Assembly (NCBI GenBank): GCA_963702435.1
Contig: CAVPCR010000001.1
Span: 896,001-960,000 of the forward strand
DNA: 64,000 nucleotides
Direction of reading: 5' to 3'
From: Candidatus Eiseniibacteriota bacterium
GTDB lineage: Bacteria; Eisenbacteria; RBG-16-71-46; CAVPCR01
Positions 62,871-64,000 of the stretch are shown here, in pieces. Positions within the stretch are counted from its first letter, which is position 1. Each line of letters starts with the position of its first letter. The notes beneath the pieces are model-generated. The model had not been told where the DNA came from. It made no database searches and saw nothing but the letters and a program-made list of their open reading frames with translations. Made by a program: the position numbers and the translations under genes.

Positions 62871-64000
62871 TCAACCTCCTGTACCCGCCCCCACGACGCG
62901 GAGGATGCGATCGTCCTCGCGCGCCGGATCGCCGCGGCCGTCGCGGTTGCTGGTCCCGAAGTAGAGCGCACCGTCCGGCCCCTCGCCCACGGCGCGGAGG
63001 CGACCGTGGAGCCCGTCCCCGAAGTCGGTCTCGAAAAGCCGCTCGACCGCGATCGGCCGCGTGCGCGTCTCCGGATCGAGCACCACGCGCACGAGCGTCT
63101 CGCCACGGAGGCTCGCGAAGAAGAGGTTCCCCGCCCACTCCGGCACCAGCCGCCCCGAGTAGACGACGAGCCCCGCCGGCGGCAGATGCCGCTTCGGGAA
63201 CACGAGCCGTGGATCGACGTAGCCGGCGAGAGCCGGCGCGCCGACCGCGACCGGCCAGCCGTAGTTCTTGCCGGCGGCGATCAGGTTGAGCTCATCGTTC
63301 CCGCGCACGCCCCACCATTCGCCCGAGGGCCCGTGCTCGGTCGCCCACAGGCGGCCGTTCGACGGATCGAAGGCGAGGCCCTGCGGATTCCGGTGGCCGA
63401 GGCTCCACACCGGCGACTCCGCACCGAACGGGTTGTCGGCCGGGATCGAACCATCTGCGTCGAGGCGCAGGATCTTGCCGCCGAGATTCGTGAGATCCTG
63501 CGCGATCTCCTTCTTCCAGGTCTCGCCGGTCGCGACATAGAGCTTCCCGTCGGGGCCGAAGGCGAGCTGGCAGCCGTCGTGCACGCGGCCCCCGGGCAGG
63601 TGATCGAGGATCACCTCCTGCCGCCCGGCGCGCCCGTTCTCCTCGCGCACGCGGACGACGCGGTTCTCGAGATCGCCGTCCGCGTTCTCGACGGTCATCG
63701 CGAAGTAGAGCCAGGACTGGGCGGCGAAGTCCGGGTCGACCGCCATCCCCATGAGCCCCGCCTCTCCCGTCCTCGCCACGTCGAAGGTGATCCAGGGCGC
63801 CGGCGCGAGCTGTCCGCCCGCGGCGATCACGCGCACGCGCCCCGGGCGTTCGGTCACGAACATCCGCCCATCCGGCGTCCATGCGAGGTCCCACGGCGCC
63901 TCGAGGCCGCTCGCGACGACCTCGACGCGCACCCCCGCGGGGTGCGTCACCCGCATCTCGGCCGGGCTCACCGGGCGGCCGCCGATCGTCGGCCCGCCGG
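62871..64000 (-). CDS. PQQ-dependent sugar (glucose/sorbosone) dehydrogenase, 5' end probably outside the window
   Basis: GLEAPW..TERPGR..HDGCQLAFGPDGKLY..GKILR..GHRNPQG..NYGWP..GPDGALY. Confidence 0.92.
   Translation of the reverse strand, partial: GGPTIGGRPVSPAEMRVTHPAGVRVEVVASGLEAPWDLAWTPDGRMFVTERPGRVRVIAAGGQLAPAPWITFDVARTGEAGLMGMAVDPDFAAQSWLYFAMTVENADGDLENRVVRVREENGRAGRQEVILDHLPGGRVHDGCQLAFGPDGKLYVATGETWKKEIAQDLTNLGGKILRLDADGSIPADNPFGAESPVWSLGHRNPQGLAFDPSNGRLWATEHGPSGEWWGVRGNDELNLIAAGKNYGWPVAVGAPALAGYVDPRLVFPKRHLPPAGLVVYSGRLVPEWAGNLFFASLRGETLVRVVLDPETRTRPIAVERLFETDFGDGLHGRLRAVGEGPDGALYFGTSNRDGRGDPAREDDRILRVVGAGTGG

Overview
Very GC-rich bacterial chromosomal window. Five secreted proteins carry the same FlgD/T9SS-like C-terminal domain, which suggests an FCB-group lineage such as Ca. 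Eisenbacteria or Latescibacterota (inference, not proven). I saw no rRNA, tRNA, CRISPR array, integrase or IS transposase. Contents: an RND efflux MFP/TolC pair; a VIT-vWA/ECF-sigma/small-protein triad; a stand-alone MORC-like GHKL ATPase; and five CTD-bearing exported proteins (S8 protease with 3 GEVED-type repeats, Lys-gingipain-like C25 protease, M14 carboxypeptidase, M28 peptidase, beta-helix protein). Also present are a DUF2760-Hsp70-Hsp70 atypical chaperone operon with a MazEF-type module wedged inside it, and surface-glycan genes (two GT-C transferases, an AsnB-like protein, a Gfo/Idh-epimerase fusion). A leucine-catabolism (liu) operon is split into liuBC and liuDE halves about 27.5 kb apart. 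A DUF222-HNH gene ends in parS-like palindromes. Six compact toxin-antitoxin-like two-gene cassettes are scattered through the window; four have leaderless-type promoters and one is an uncharacterised pair. Many genes carry single-base +1 frameshifts (11 in the gingipain-like gene), most likely long-read consensus errors. One in-frame TGA is followed by a SECIS-like hairpin. Family names come from motif recognition by eye and were not confirmed by database search.
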